NCBI GenBank assembly: GCA_051362555.1
Contig: CM120640.1
Location: 61,916,788-61,980,787, forward strand
Direction: 5' to 3'
Length of the DNA: 64,000 bases
From: Lingula anatina
Lineage: Eukaryota > Animalia > Brachiopoda
In this document: one piece after another, positions 13,771-28,098 of the stretch
Layout of the letters: each line of letters begins with the position of its first letter
Position numbering within the stretch: position 1 is the first letter of the stretch
The notes under the pieces: generated by a model
The model's input: the letters and a program-made list of their open reading frames with translations, nothing else
Told to the model about the DNA's origin: nothing
Database searches by the model: none
Position numbers and translations under genes: made by a program

Positions 13771-16700
13771 TCAGCCTTTGAGAGATGTCATTCCAGCTCT
13801 CATGATTTCATCCACCAGCAATAAATTAGAGGCTATCACAGTGCTGGAATGAAAAAAAAATTCTTAATTCGAATTTTTATTCTGCAGCAATTTCCATCAA
13901 AATTTGCAATATACATGGTGAAAGAAAAACATTCCCTTGTACACAGTAAAGAAAATCTGTCTTGCTTACAAAAAAAAATGTGCACAAATTAACACAAGTG
14001 TATACATACCAGGAGTGTAACAGTTGCCTCTTCACTCTGTAGTTGTCTACAATACCTGCATCCATAGGTAATAGGCATTCACCTGAAATTAGAAACTGTT
14101 GTAAAAACACAGCAAGATTCACTGTTCATCTAGAATGACATTACTTCAAATATATATATTCATATTTGGTTTGTCATAAACACAGACACTTAAAAAAGTT
14201 TTAATTTGTGTTAAGCTAATGCAAAGCTAAATTCTCTCTGGTATTTATGTCTTATGACTGCCCCACATTTATACTAGGCCATATATCTTGTTGTAACCCC
14301 AGCCCTCACCCTTCAACCCACCCACCCAGCCAGTTACCCTAAAAATACAGGTCCAACTATATATATGTATTACCTGTGGCTAAATCAATGCCCACAGGCT
14401 GTCCAGCTGATGCATACTCCTCCTGTAGCTTCACAATAGTCTCCTGTGCATCCAGACCAGAATTTCTGGCTAGAGTTTTGGGTATTACCAATAAGGCTTC
14501 GGCATATGCAGCGATACCCAGCCTGGCACGCCCTTTGACTGTCTCCTTGTATTTGAACAGCTCTGCATGTGCTGCAATCTCAAAGGCACCAGCTCCAGGG
14601 ACAACTGAACCTGAAATTGAAAAGAAAAATATTTACTTTATCATTACATTCGAGTTTAGTGCTCCTCCCTATAATTTTTATCTCATAGTTTAACCTACTG
14701 AAAATTTTCTAAAGATAAATGTCGAACACAACCAAATTCATTAATACTGAAATTTTTTGCTGTGCTCCCCCCGACAGCACAATCTTGCTTCTCATTTTAT
14801 TTAACCTGTAGCATAATGCTCGACATACAAATAAAAAAGTGATTATGGCTAAATTGTACTGGTAGAAATCTGAAAAAAAAAAAGTAAATGTCTAAAACTT
14901 ACCATCTTCCACAGCATTCTTCACAGCTCTCAAGCCATCATGAATGGCATCCTTGATCTGAGCCACAGTGTGACGGTTTGGTCCCTTGATCACAACAGTC
15001 ACTGAGCGGGGGTTCTTGCATTCCTCAATGAAAAAGAACTTCTCTTCACCCTGATCAGACAAAAAAGAAATATTTAATGTGAAAGAATTATTTCAGACAT
15101 TGCAATATTGATCTTACATTCACAGAAGCAATCAGTTTGTAATACAGCGTTATAGTAAATTATAAAATTACTTCCATTTGTCAAATCAAAATGTTCCAAA
15201 CCTCATAAAATCATTTTCTGAGAAAACAATACTGATCTGAAAAAGAAAAAAAAGCTCACTAGTGTGTGCTCATATGCAAGGCCAGCATATCCCAAGCAAT
15301 CTGGGGTCAAATCCTCTAGGGAGTTCATGGCCATGCCACCACAGGCTAAGGTCAACCGTTCCATGTTTCTCCTCTTGGCTCTTCTCAAGGCAACAATTCC
15401 TTCCTTGGCCAGCATGTCCAAAGACATAGGATCAATACCCTAAAATTATTGTAAACAAAACAAAGGGTCAATTAAAAATACACAATCCTATATTATTTAC
15501 CCTTTAATACATTTAAATAGAACAAGGTATTAAAAAATAAACATCCACACCAAAAGCTTGATTGTAAACAACCATAATTTGATTTGAGGTTTTAATCTAA
15601 AAATAAATATGTTCTTGCTGATGACAATGAAATTTTCAGGAAAATGTTTATTAAATTTATATTATTACATACCTTTTGGTTTATGATTATAAAATTTTTG
15701 TCTGTGCCATCACACATTTTCTTCTTGAACTCAATAATCTTGGCAACCTTAATATCAGTAAATTCTCTCTCTGCCTGCACAAGCTTTTCCCTCTCTGCAG
15801 CACTCTTGTAGAAGAACCCAGAATTTACTTCACTGTAATTATTACAATGAAAATTTTTTGTAAAAAATCTATTAATAAGCAGTTTAAAAATAATGTTAAG
15901 GATGAAAAAAATGGCATTCATCTCAGGCTAAGCCCTGTCTCAAAATATTAACTAATATTTTCCTGTTCTTCCAGACTTTTTTCCAATATCTTCCAACACA
16001 AATTCATATCCTCCAACACACGATCTGTAATGCAACAATGAGTATGAAAAAAAAAACTGTTTACACTTTACCTTTTCTCATATTCTAATGACACATTACA
16101 GGTGAGGATGTAGGCATTTTCTATTCTCTTCTTCATGTCAGGATGACGGGCACCATGATCCATTACAATTCCTCTTACAAGTCTGAAAAAAAAGTTGACA
16201 AAAGTAACAAACAAGTTCATTAATATTTCATAGAGTCTTTTTGTTATCATTAAAAAAGTGAACAAGAGCTTTCAGAGACTGAGAGTGAACTTTGAAAATC
16301 TAAATCATGCTGTAACTTAACAGAAAGAGATTTTGTAAAGTAATAATAGCATGTACAGTGTACAATATATCATTTTTTTTTAATTACTGAAACACTTTTT
16401 GGAATATATTCTATACCACCTTTCAGATATAATAAGTACTTACGTGGTGTCCATATCAGTTTTGTGCATCATTTCCATGATTTCTACCATGTGCAAATCA
16501 ATTGGTTCTTCAGGCTTTTGTATAGCTAAAACTGCATCTACAACATGCTGAAAAGTGAACATTGCAACATCAAAACCAATTCAATTATGTTGCATTTTCA
16601 ACTTTTTTGTATCAATATATAAAAATAATGCACATCCACACGTGACTTAATGAATGCAGCTGAAAACAGTAATGTTACTGAGAAATATTGTAAAGGCTAA

Positions 16701-18356
16701 ATAGTTTGAAACAAAATTTACCTCTGTTAAAACATCAGCCAGCTCAGGATGCACTTTGGTCCTCAGGGATGTTCTAGCAACATTTATCAACATATCTCTG
16801 TCCATGGTCTTAGCTACTTTTATAGACTCCAATACCTAAAACAAATGGACAAAAACAAGCTTTATGTTACAGTTTACCTAAATTTTGCAAGTTAAAAAAA
16901 TGCATTCACATTCACCAAAACTCCCTGTAAAAATCTGTGCTTACATATGAGAACTATTCCAAGTACCAATATTTCATAGAAATAATGGAAAACTAGTCAT
17001 AAATCACCTACTGAGATGCAATTTATAAGGTCCAACCATCTCCACTAGAAGCGGGCTGTCAAAAGAGGTAAATGAGTAATAACTGAAAAAACCTTTACCT
17101 CTAATGCTTTGGTCTTGGCTAGCTCAAACCCTTCTGTCACTAGTCTTGGGTGAAGACCCTGAAACATAGCACAGCAATTTGTCAAGTTCTTTTCAACATT
17201 TTTCTGACATGCTACATGTAAATCACATCATCTAATACAAATTCTAAATAGTAAAAAATTACAATGGAAGTGAATTATTATTATTTTTTTTTAATTCAGC
17301 CAAGCTCACACCAGTTCTCAATCAATACTGAAAAGCCAACTGACAAAACTGCAACTGACAATACTCTGATATTGGCAAGTTAAAAGCTGCTAGAGCAGAG
17401 ACCTAGATAAATAACACAACCAAACACCTGGAGCTATAATTTATGATAACATACCTCTGATATGTACACATCAGCTTGTTTTAGTAGTTCTCCAATAATG
17501 AGGACATTTGATGTAGTGCCATCACCAGTGATGTCATCTTGAGCTGTGGCTACACGTGCAATCAGAGATGCTGTGGGATGCTGGATTTGCTGATAAATAA
17601 CATATATGAGAGTCGAGACATAAATATATCATGCAAATTTTTGAAAATGGTCACTTAAATTATTTAATATTATCATAAAAAATTGCCAGCATTACATTTG
17701 TTTCATAATGAAAATGATGCTGCAAAGATGACTCATATCAAAAACAGTAACTATTTGATAAATTGACTTGGCATTATTTAACATACCATTTCATGAAGCA
17801 GCACATTTCCATCTTTGGTCATTTTTATGTCTCCAGAACCAGACACCAACCTGACAATAAAAATACCAAAATCAGATAACCATACATATATAAAAGTATA
17901 TGCATAATTATCACACTGTTAAAGCTAGCACTGAGAACGAAAAACCAAAAAAAATCAACTATTCTCGAAGTGTATTTGCACCCTGCTCGACATCTAAACA
18001 TTCCATGAACTGATAAATATATCAGTTTTAATTTCGATAGACATAATGATTAAAAACGAAACACATGAAAATGGCACGAAAAAAAACAGAGCTTTTAGAT
18101 ACTGATCCAATACAGAAGTTGCTAGAATTTGTACGCGGAATAGAAAAAGGAACGAACATGTGCTTCTCATACCCATTTTTCCTACAGACAATACCTAACA
18201 TAAAAGTGTCTCGACTTACATTTTCATCGTTCCCTTTGGACCAAGATTACTTTTAAGAACATCCTGGAGACCACGAGCTGCGCCTATATTAAGCGCTAAA
18301 GCTTGTGCAGCCCTGGCAACTTCGGCTTTGGGATTCAACGCTTTGACAGCAGCCAT
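13771..18356 (-). CDS. CCT6: T-complex protein 1 subunit zeta (531 aa)
   Basis: 13 exons: 18356-18220, 17850-17787, 17589-17455, 17158-17099, 16835-16722, 16547-16444, 16182-16072, 15832-15673, 15439-15260, 15050-14903, 14610-14374, 14082-14010, 13843-13771 (1596 nt). Peptides [69 protein letters not shown]. Confidence 0.98.
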
Positions 18357-18800
18357 CTTGCACTCTTGATCAACAGTGTCGCCTGGCGGCAATCTCGGAA
18401 GAAGCGAGACTTGATGTACCTATATCTTGAAAATTAATCATATTAAGGTATCGATCAACTAAGATACCCTCTATTTCCAAATACACCTAAGAAATATTCA
18501 TTAATTCCAACACAAATGTTGAATTTAATCTGAGAGAATTTACAAGAAATTTATTTTGAAAGGTCAAAGGTCACCAAACGTAAATTCACGAGAACTGTTA
18601 ATCTGGTGTAAGACCCTCTTATAAAACGTCAGTCATAATTTTATCAGTGCGGTCAATTTAGGTGACACCGGTTAGACGTATGGGTAGTAAAACCGGGAAA
18701 CGTGTCAGAAGCGTTGATTGAGAGCGGTGAAACAGGTGGGTTAAATAGCAGGCCATACATTGTGGCTGGCTTTATGTAAAGCACTAAAGGTACGTGCGTA
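18357..18800. promoter_or_regulatory. Probable bidirectional promoter CCT6/POR with a perfect DR1 (AGGTCAAAGGTCA, 18561-18573)
   Basis: Head-to-head genes, locally CpG-richer sequence, candidate POR non-coding exon donor AAG|GTACGT near 18789, YY1-like CAAGATGGC over the CCT6 ATG. Confidence 0.6.
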
Positions 18801-19865
18801 CTCAAACTGATCACGTTTGGATTTTCGTGATTCAGCGCAGTGCCAAAAACTAGGTCGAATAAACTGACCCCTTTTCCATGGTCACTTTCCTCCGTGAAAC
18901 AAGCTTTTGTAAGTAAGATTCGGTGATGGTTGCATGACAAAATATTTGATCTACTTCATGTATTTATAAATGTAAGGTTGTCTCCCGATAACCGTCTCAA
19001 AATAATAGATGTGTAATGTATAACCTTTTTACATGGACTCCGACCTTGGCACAAAAAATGTGGGCATACATGATCCTGACCAAGTACCAGTTGGTCAAGA
19101 TAGATAGATCTATTCCGGGGAGATTTGCTTGTAGTACAAATTAAATGTTCTAAATTCTTTCACAAAAGAATTGTCTGAAAGCTTTTGGTTACTTCTTAAT
19201 CATATTAACCCTACCCCTCCTCTAAGGCATTTTTCTCAGCCTATGGCCCTCATTTAATGCTTTTTAAACTGCATACAAACATCACTAAGTTGGTTTCATT
19301 GTGTCTGTTATGGAATTTGAGCAGTCGTATCTTAACCAGAAAAAAAAAAGCTTAGAATTTTCTTATGGGCACAAACTCTGGGTCTGCCCAGTATAAGAAC
19401 CAATAGTTTTAGTTCAGGCATGCTTCAATTTTATGATAGTGATAACTGAGTTTTTGACATGAAATGTTTATGTACAGGGAATAATTGATTGACGTGGATA
19501 AAGTATGAAGTCAGCTTTTTAAATATTCACTATGTCGCATACATGTAGATACAACCTCAACCTCATGAGATAAGATAATATACATATGGTTATTCATACA
19601 AAGTCTGGGTCAGTTTAATTCTGGGTAGGTCTACTGGGACATGTCATCATGAAGTAATATCATATTTAGATATCAATGTACTTATAGACCTGATATATTG
19701 TGTTTTTTTTTTTTTTTTTTCAAATTAAACATTTTGGTGCAGTTATCTTGTTACACTTAAAGTTTAGGTTTCATATTGGTTAACTTTTATTTAACTTACT
19801 ATTAAAGGTAACTTTTATTTTCAACTTTTAAAACTGTTTTCTCTGTCAATGTGGTTATCATTTTA

Positions 19866-20038
19866 CTGGGGTAGCGCTAACACTCGCCAATTTAGCCAAA
19901 TGCTAAAACTTACTTAAATTGGCTAAAGAAAAAGGGCTTGATTTGACTTGTTATAGTCAAATGATCACCATTTTGATAACGAATTGACAAAATAGTGGTG
20001 ATTTGGCTAAGCGAAAAAAATTGCTAGCGCTACCCCAG
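19866..20038. mobile_element. MITE, 14-bp TIR, TA target duplication
   Basis: TA|CTGGGGTAGCGCTA ... TAGCGCTACCCCAG|TA, with an internal TTAGCCAAAT/ATTTGGCTAA inverted pair. Confidence 0.75.
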
Positions 20039-20152
20039 TATTATAATATACTTTTTTGAAGGAAATGGTTAAGCATAATTAATATTCATTTAAATGCTTT
20101 TCTTTTTTTCAGACACCTATTTTATTTATTCAAACAGTACACTAAAACAAAC

Positions 20153-23100
20153 ATGGTGCTTGTGACTATAACACTAGAAGCAAGTACAGAAGCAGTTACG
20201 GAAGCCTCAGAGCCATTACTGGGAATGTTGGATATAGCTATTCTAGGAGTCATTGCCATGGGCTTGGTATACTGGTTCTTTCTCCGGGGCAAGAAAGAGG
20301 AGCCTCCAACCATTAAGAAGTTAACAGTGCTGTAAGTTATTTGTTGGTGTCTTGATATTGTCACCCATGGATTTCTATTATACAAGATATTTTGTTTAAT
20401 AAAATCATGTTTATTCCTTCACACACAAAGTTATAGTGTTCATTTCATGTAATGCATGTCTCTTTAATGGAAATGCAGGTGCATGAAAAAAGTTAAAAAT
20501 TCCAGTTCATCTTTTTTAAACAAGGAGAGCATGTGTTATCTAGTTCCATGGACACCTGCATAAATAGGATATGCCAATGACATCAGCAGGAAGGTGTTAA
20601 TTGCTATATCAGTTAATAGTGTGTCGAATGACATCAGCTATACTGGTGTTGCCTTGTCAGATGTATAAAATATAATGACATCATTCAAGAACTTGTGTCC
20701 TGTAAATGAAGTTATGTACAATTTGGTTTACACGTAGCAATGTGGTAATTAATTTTAACCAGATAAAGATCTGACATCTTGTACTCTAATATTTCAAACA
20801 CTGTACAGTCTTTATATTTATTCGTCTATATTTATATGGCACAATCATTAGAATATTTACTTTGCCATATTTTTTTGTTATCTTCCTTTTAGTTGTGCAT
20901 TTGAAATCTACTTTATCGATTATATTCCCCTTTTGGTTATAATTGGATTATGAAGTGTTTGTTTACTAGTAATTAAGTCAATAGAAACCTTTGATAGGGT
21001 AGATAAGGATTTTTGCATATATATATTCAGGCACAAAAATTAATTTTTTTTCAATATTTTACAGGCCTTCAACTGTCAGAGCTGATGACACAAATTTTGT
21101 AAATAAGATGAAGCATGGAGTAAGTATATGCAAAACACATGAGCCTTTCATAAGTTTGAATTAATTGTTAATTAGCATCAAACACCTTTGATTGAGGTGA
21201 TTATCAGTTTTATAATTATATTGATTCCAGGTACATTGCTAATGCTTGCAGTGGCATATTTGTCATTCACACTTCCAGGGAGTCATTAAGCATTTGCCAC
21301 ATAGGTTTGACTCTATTTGGTGACCTTTTCAAGCTCTAAAAAGAAATTGTTTCCTAAATAGTTCATACTGTGCCATTAAGATTACTTGAAAATGACATTT
21401 CAGCCAGAAAAGAAAAAATGAAAAAAAAATCTTTAAATAATATTTAAAAATATTTAAATTGGGAATATATGTGGTGGTCTATTATTCTAGGGGAAGAATG
21501 TGATTGTGTTTTATGGGTCCCAGACTGGCACAGCAGAGGAGTTTGCTGGTCGCTTGTCCAAGGATGCTAGTCGCTATGGCATGAAAGGGATTACAGCTGA
21601 TCCTGAGGAATGTGACATGGTAAGATTTCTTTTTATAATTTTGTGATTTCAAAGTACTGTGGTAAATAGAAATACATACTTTTTTTCTGTCCCTATTTTG
21701 ATAGCATTTTAATTTTTATTACTGGCTTGATTCTCTTCTTAACAGGAAGAGCTTCCACAGTTGGCTGAAATTGAGAATTCCCTAGCAATATTTTGTATGG
21801 CTACATATGGTGAGGGAGATCCCACAGATAATGCACAAGAGTTTTATGATTGGCTACAAAATGGTGATGCTGACTTGTCTGGGGTCAGATATGCTGTAAG
21901 TAAAGATATTTAGAGAAATATACAAGAGAAACCCTTAATTGATACCCTATTTGAAAGAGAAGGGTATTATATTTTTCTGTTAAAACAGCTTGAAACTTGG
22001 GAAAGATTTAGCATTCTCCAGCTAGCTCACCCAACCCTACTCTGACAAGTACTTTTACAAACACTGTTATTTAAGCCATTTTCACTTGCCAGTATATCAG
22101 TAAAAGCCCTTGTTCCAGTGCTAACTCGGTGTTTTGTATGAAACAAAAAACTACATATTACAAAGTGCTTTGATATTCCTTTCAAACATGTTAATTTAGT
22201 TACCAGTACGTTTTTTGAATATTATTCTTTCATCCAGTTATGATAATGCTTAACAAAGAAATTCATGTTTTCTTTCTGGATTAAATAGGTATTCAGTCTT
22301 GGCAATAAAACCTATGAGCATTATAATGCCATGGGAAAATATGTGGACAAGAGACTGGAAGAACTTGGGGCAACAAGAATATATGAAGTGGGCTTGGGAG
22401 ATGATGATGCCAAGTATGTACACTAGATAGCCGTTATCTGATACCTCTTTTTTAATGGAAATTTCTTTCTCAGCCTGGTTTTATCTGAGAAGCTTTGCTA
22501 TATAACAAGTGTTCAAAGAAAAAAGCTTGTTTCTCTCATGCACATTTTTCATTTGACAATTACTAATAACTGAATAAGAGGTATGTTGTTGAGTTGAAAT
22601 GTTCAGAAGTCAGCATGTATAGATTGTGTATTATGAATTTTAGCATTGAGGAAGATTTTGTGACCTGGAGGGAGAAATTTTGGCCTGCTGTTTGTGAACA
22701 CTTTGGTGTGGAAGCAACAGGAGAGGATGTAAAGTAAGATGGCTGTATTTAATTTGTTTTAATTTTATACAGTAAGTTAAAAATAATTTACCTGAGGTAC
22801 ATTAAGTTGAAAATATTTAACTGTAGGTATCTGTTCATGTAATAAGTTGAACTTTCTACATGTTAATTGTCTTTTGTTTTATAAAGGATTTCAAGACCAT
22901 TTTAATGTTGAATTGTGATATTTAACTTCATTAATTTAATTGGAACCTATAATATTATGTAATTTTTTCCATATTTCATCTATTTTCCTATTAGCATGAG
23001 GCAATTTGCTGTAGAGATACATGAAGACACACCCAAGGAGAAGATATTTAGTGGTGAACCTGCTAGGCTTGGGTCTTTCAGAAATCAAAAACCGTAAGAC

Positions 23101-26100
23101 ATATTTTTATTTGAAATAAAACATTTGAAAATTTAGTGAGCGTATTTTTTCAGTATGATGAGGTTGCATACTTAAGCATATAGATTCTTTGTGTTCAGAT
23201 TGCAAATGGGCAATCAAATTCATCTAGACTCCATTTTTTTCTGTTTGATTATAGGCCCTACGACTCTAAGAATCCATTCTTAGCCCCAGTGATAGTAAAC
23301 AGGGAGCTACACAAGGGAGGAGACAGATCATGTATGCACATAGAACTTGATATCACAGGCTCAAGAATTAGGTAAGAATTTCATTGTTTCCCAAACCTTG
23401 TACACATAAGACTACATTGTAAATAAGTTGGAGGCATTTCATATGTCAACCTTGTTTGTTTTTCTGGTTAGTCCTTTTTTTCATTTTCAAGAAGGCAGTG
23501 CTAGCACTGTGTAAAAGCACTTATTTAACTACAGTAAGGATGATATGATTTTTATTGCTGCAGAAATTATAATTACTCCTTGTAACACTCTGTAATGAGT
23601 CTTCATTGTAACTGCTGTTACGGTAGTCTTAAATGTTGCGATCAATATTTCAAGATATGAAGCTGGTGACCATGTAGCAGTATTTCCCACCAATGACCCT
23701 CAGCTGGTTGAGGCCCTGGGCACAAGACTGGGGGTGGACCTGGACCAAGTCATGTCCCTAAACAATGTGGATGGTAAGAATTTGTATGCAGGATCCAATT
23801 ACTTATATGGAATCTGTTTTAATATCTACAATAAGGTTGAAACAGTTGAAATTGTATGCAAAATATAATGATCTGAAAAATATTGCTGGGTCTCCGCTAC
23901 AAGATAGATTGTACTTGAGAATGCATGTTACATGATAAAGATAATCATAACTTGAGGTGGGAGAATGGTGTTTCTGAATACTTCATTTATTTATTTTGAT
24001 TTGCATTTACCTATCCTTGACAAAAACTTCTTTTTTGAAACATTTCTACAGAGGAAGCAAGTAAGAAGCATCCGTTCCCCTGCCCAACAACTTACAGAAC
24101 AGCTCTACTTCATTACCTGGACATTGTTAGTCCTCCAAGAACACACATTCTCAAGGAGTTGTCAGATTATGCTGAGGACCCCAAGGACAAAGAATTCCTA
24201 CAGAAATTGGCGTGTGCAAGTGAAGAGGGCAAGGTAATTATATGTAAAGAAAATACAGAAACCCTTGTTTTTAAATTAAATGAACAGGCATATATTTTTT
24301 AAGGATGCAGAATTCAAGGGATGAAATGCCTAATATGAGTAATTCACATAAAAGTAATGAAGCATTTAGTTTTATATTACATATAGTTATACTATTTATT
24401 TTCATTAATTAATTAATTTATTTATTTTTGAGGAGAGAGTTATTGAACAGTTGTTTTGCTACAGAAAATGTGTTTCCCCACCAGATAGCGCACAACTGCT
24501 ATTGAATATACTGAATCTTTTAAAAACATTTTCAGAACTTATATATTGAATGGGTTGCTAAGGATCACAGGGACATTCTCACAGTTTTAACAGACCTCCC
24601 ATCACTGAAACCACCCATAGATTACCTGTGTGAACTATTACCAAGGTTACAAGCCAGATACTATTCCATATCATCATCTCCAAAGGTAAATTACTCTTTA
24701 TCATCACATGTGAAACTTTTGTCCTCTGAAGTGACTGTGTACATGTTGAAATTTTCACATTATAAGGTTGGTGATAAGTATCATAATATAGGTTTGTCAT
24801 TGACTGGCACCATAAAGCTATTATATACCATAGGTGAAAAATGTTTGATTGCAGGGTTGGGAATTGAATTCTGCCAGGCTGTTTAAACAAAGACATTCTA
24901 GAAAATGAACTTGTGTGGAATGTTTTAAATGATTAGAAAATATGTAGTTTAATGTATAGGTATAGATAGACTATGAAAAATGTTTCAGCTTTACCCATCC
25001 AGTATTCACATCACAGCAGTTTTGGTTGACTACCAGACAAGAACTGGGAGGCCAGTCAAGGGGGTGGCCACCAACTGGCTGGCATTAAAACACCCAACCA
25101 ATGGCATTAAACCCACAGTTCCCATATTTGTCCGCAAGTCTCAATTCCGCCTGCCTTTCAAGGCCTCCACCCCTGTCATCATGATAGGCCCAGGAACAGG
25201 TCTGGCTCCATTCAGAGGCTTTATCCAGGAGAGGCACTTTTTGAAGAAGGAAGGTAATGTATAAAGCTACGTTTGTTTGCTTGCCAATTTTTGTTGAAAT
25301 CGGTCATGTTGCTGCTCAATAAACATGAGAATTGCACCTCACTTCATTTTCTCTCTCTTTGCTCTGTGCCTATGACAAAGTGAGCCAAAGTGTTGAGTAC
25401 ATGGCAAGTATATCATTACTGTCATGATAATTTATCTTTGGCACAGTACTTCTCAGATCTTGCATCAGTAGAAATCTTTGTTTCAGTTAAAGTTGTAAAG
25501 ATTAGCAATGATCTGGCACAAATTGGTAACAAATTTTAGTTTAAAGATATAATTTCTAATACAGATGGAAGACAAAAAGGGTTCAATATGTGATATTAAA
25601 ATAAGTTCAAAATAATCTATAGGCAAACTTATTGGGACTTAGCATATTTCACCAAACGCTAGCTTTTTACTTATGCTGTACTGACTTCATCCCTATTCAA
25701 AATCCTTATTTCATTACCCCAGTTCTTTTATTACATTTACTTCATTTTATCATTCTATTTTAGGCAAAGAAATTGGACCTACGGTGCTTTTCTTTGGCTG
25801 TCGTAAAAAGGCTGAGGATTACTTGTACGAGGAGGAACTGCAGAGCTACTGCATGGATGGTTCATTGAGTCATCTTCATGTAGCTTTCTCCAGAGAACAG
25901 CAGCACAAGATTTACGTCCAACACTTGATAAAACAACAGAAGGAAGAAATATGGGAACTTTTGGAGGCTGGAGGACACATTTATGTTTGTGGGTAGGTTG
26001 TCTTTTGATAGATTATTACACTATTTTACTCTAAATATTAGTTTTTGTATTTTGATTTGCCTTCATTGTGTAACATACACCAGTGTACAATTTGTGGATA

Positions 26101-26431
26101 TTTATTCAAAATATGATGCTTTTATTCTGATTATAAGGTTTTGGCAGAAAAAAAGTAAATTATTCCAACAGCTCTGTAATATCTCATGTACATTAATTGT
26201 TCATAGGCATTTTTAGATGCATGTTAAGTCTGAAAAGGAGTGAAAAATAAGAAAGTCACTGAAGTAGTTCTGTTTCTACCTTTCAGTGATGCTAGAAACA
26301 TGGCCAAAGATGTCCATAGTTGCATGACTGATATAGTGGAGGAGTTGGGGAAGATACCTCGTTCACAGGCCGAGGATTATGTGAAGAAACTCCACACAAA
26401 GGGGCGCTATTCTGCTGATGTTTGGAGTTAA
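20153..26431 (+). CDS. POR: NADPH--cytochrome P450 reductase
   Basis: About 14 coding exons (approx. 20153-20331, 21065-21119, 21491-21619, 21747-21895, 22289-22413, 22643-22733, 22995-23093, 23255-23371, 23654-23773, 24051-24232, 24536-24684, 24989-25253, 25763-25991, 26287-26431). N-terminal TM anchor, [69 protein letters not shown]-terminal RYSADVWS*. Confidence 0.97.
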
Positions 26432-27403
26432 CACAGAGATGTGGAACAGAAATTGGTACAATTAGGATTTGAACTTGTGAACATCACACACTCTGATTTT
26501 TATTTTATGGTGTATGTATATGAGATGAATTATAAACGCATCTATGTTCACAGAATTAGCTAGATTACCATGTTTCTGGTTTTGGACACCAAATTATCTT
26601 TGTAAGAAGAAAAATCTGACCCCAGTGTTTAAAATGATGTATCACTCAATTTCTTTTAATTTGTCTCCCTTAATGTGAACCTTGTAAAATAAATAGAATG
26701 TTTTTATTATGAAGCCTACCTCTCTAGTCAAATAAAAAGTCCAAGCATGTAATTTATATAGATTCTGACTTTATTACCATATTATATCAAACATATTTCA
26801 TAAATCATGATATTGCACAAATTTCAATTGTCCTAGTTAACTCAAAGGTGTGACACAATTAAATTGTATTGAGTAACATGCATTGTGACACTGAACATTT
26901 CATTTGTTGATAACTTGGATGTTTGTGCATTGTGTATTCATGATGCTTTACACCTAATCAAATTGTGTTGGTTATTGGAATGCTGGTGAACCTAAAAAAG
27001 CTTGGTAGCTGTATTTTTATATATTTATTGTTTCATTCAAATATTTCCATCTTGACACAAAGAGAAAAATTGGTCATGTTAAAGTAGATAAATGTTAGGA
27101 TCTATTTGCTCATCCACTTTAGATAATGCAGAAATAAACTTTGTTATGTTATGAGATCAAAAATACATCAGGTTGAATTTGCTAATTGGGGCTGATGCTG
27201 TCACAGCAGAGTTCTTGTGGTAAAAATTGTTTTCTAATTCAAGCAGATCTCCCTCACCTTAGCTGCTATCAACAGTTTTAACATCTAATGAATCACAATT
27301 AAATTATGAGTACTACAATCTGTTGCTAAGGATTGGTTTTGAAAGGCTTATTTCTGATTTTAACAGTAAAGAGCAAAATAATGAGTTAGTTTGATGGAGC
27401 ATG

Positions 27404-27766
27404 CAGACATGCTGAAAACTTTTCAGAATGGCCGGACATTTGGACCAGCAGTAATGAAAAATTTGCCAGACTGAATGGATTTTTGTCAGACTGAAAATCA
27501 CTCTATTCGTTTGAGACACGTACTACCAGTACAATTAGGGTAGCTTACTTTGTTTGTGAATGTGATAGGTTTGAAATGGAAGGGAAAAAATGTTTTGGGT
27601 TTTATATAATTTTATTAGTGAAGTATGTCGAATGATGACTGTAAATTCAAAATTGCGGCTCTTAAAACTTTTGTCGGTCCTTTGGACCGACCAAGTCCCA
27701 TGTTTTACCGGTCCAGACAAATTTTCCTGGTCATGACCGATCTGACCGACAGTTTCAGCATGTCTG
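27404..27766. mobile_element. MITE (hAT-like termini) with target site duplication
   Basis: CAGACATGCTGAAA ... TTTCAGCATGTCTG, flanked by direct repeat AGCATG (GAGCATGC if the termini are shifted by 1); GGACC/GACCGA subterminal motifs. Confidence 0.8.
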
Positions 27767-28098
27767 AGCATGCAAATTAGGGACTTGGCTCTCATTAACA
27801 GAACATTTTAAAGCAAACACTGGTTACATGTTGTTGTCAACTGTGCCAATTTTCATGATATCCAATTTAGTTACAGAGGTACTCTGCACACTGATCACTA
27901 TTTTACATAAATTTACAAAGCAGTTTAATTGGCAATTAACAGGAGCAGTTTAAAAGCAGAAGAACTTGGTGAAGAAAACAACATAAAAGGACATTTTTGC
28001 TTGAATAGTATATATTTTATGGTCCTTTATCTAGATAAGAATATGTATCATAGGATTTTTTTTTCTTTTATTGCAATATTAATGTACCCATCTACCTT

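Noticed and set aside
13844-18219. Expected H/ACA snoRNAs (SNORA15/SNORA22 in vertebrate CCT6A introns)
   Set aside because: No convincing hairpin-H-hairpin-ACA or sequence match by eye; needs an Infernal scan.
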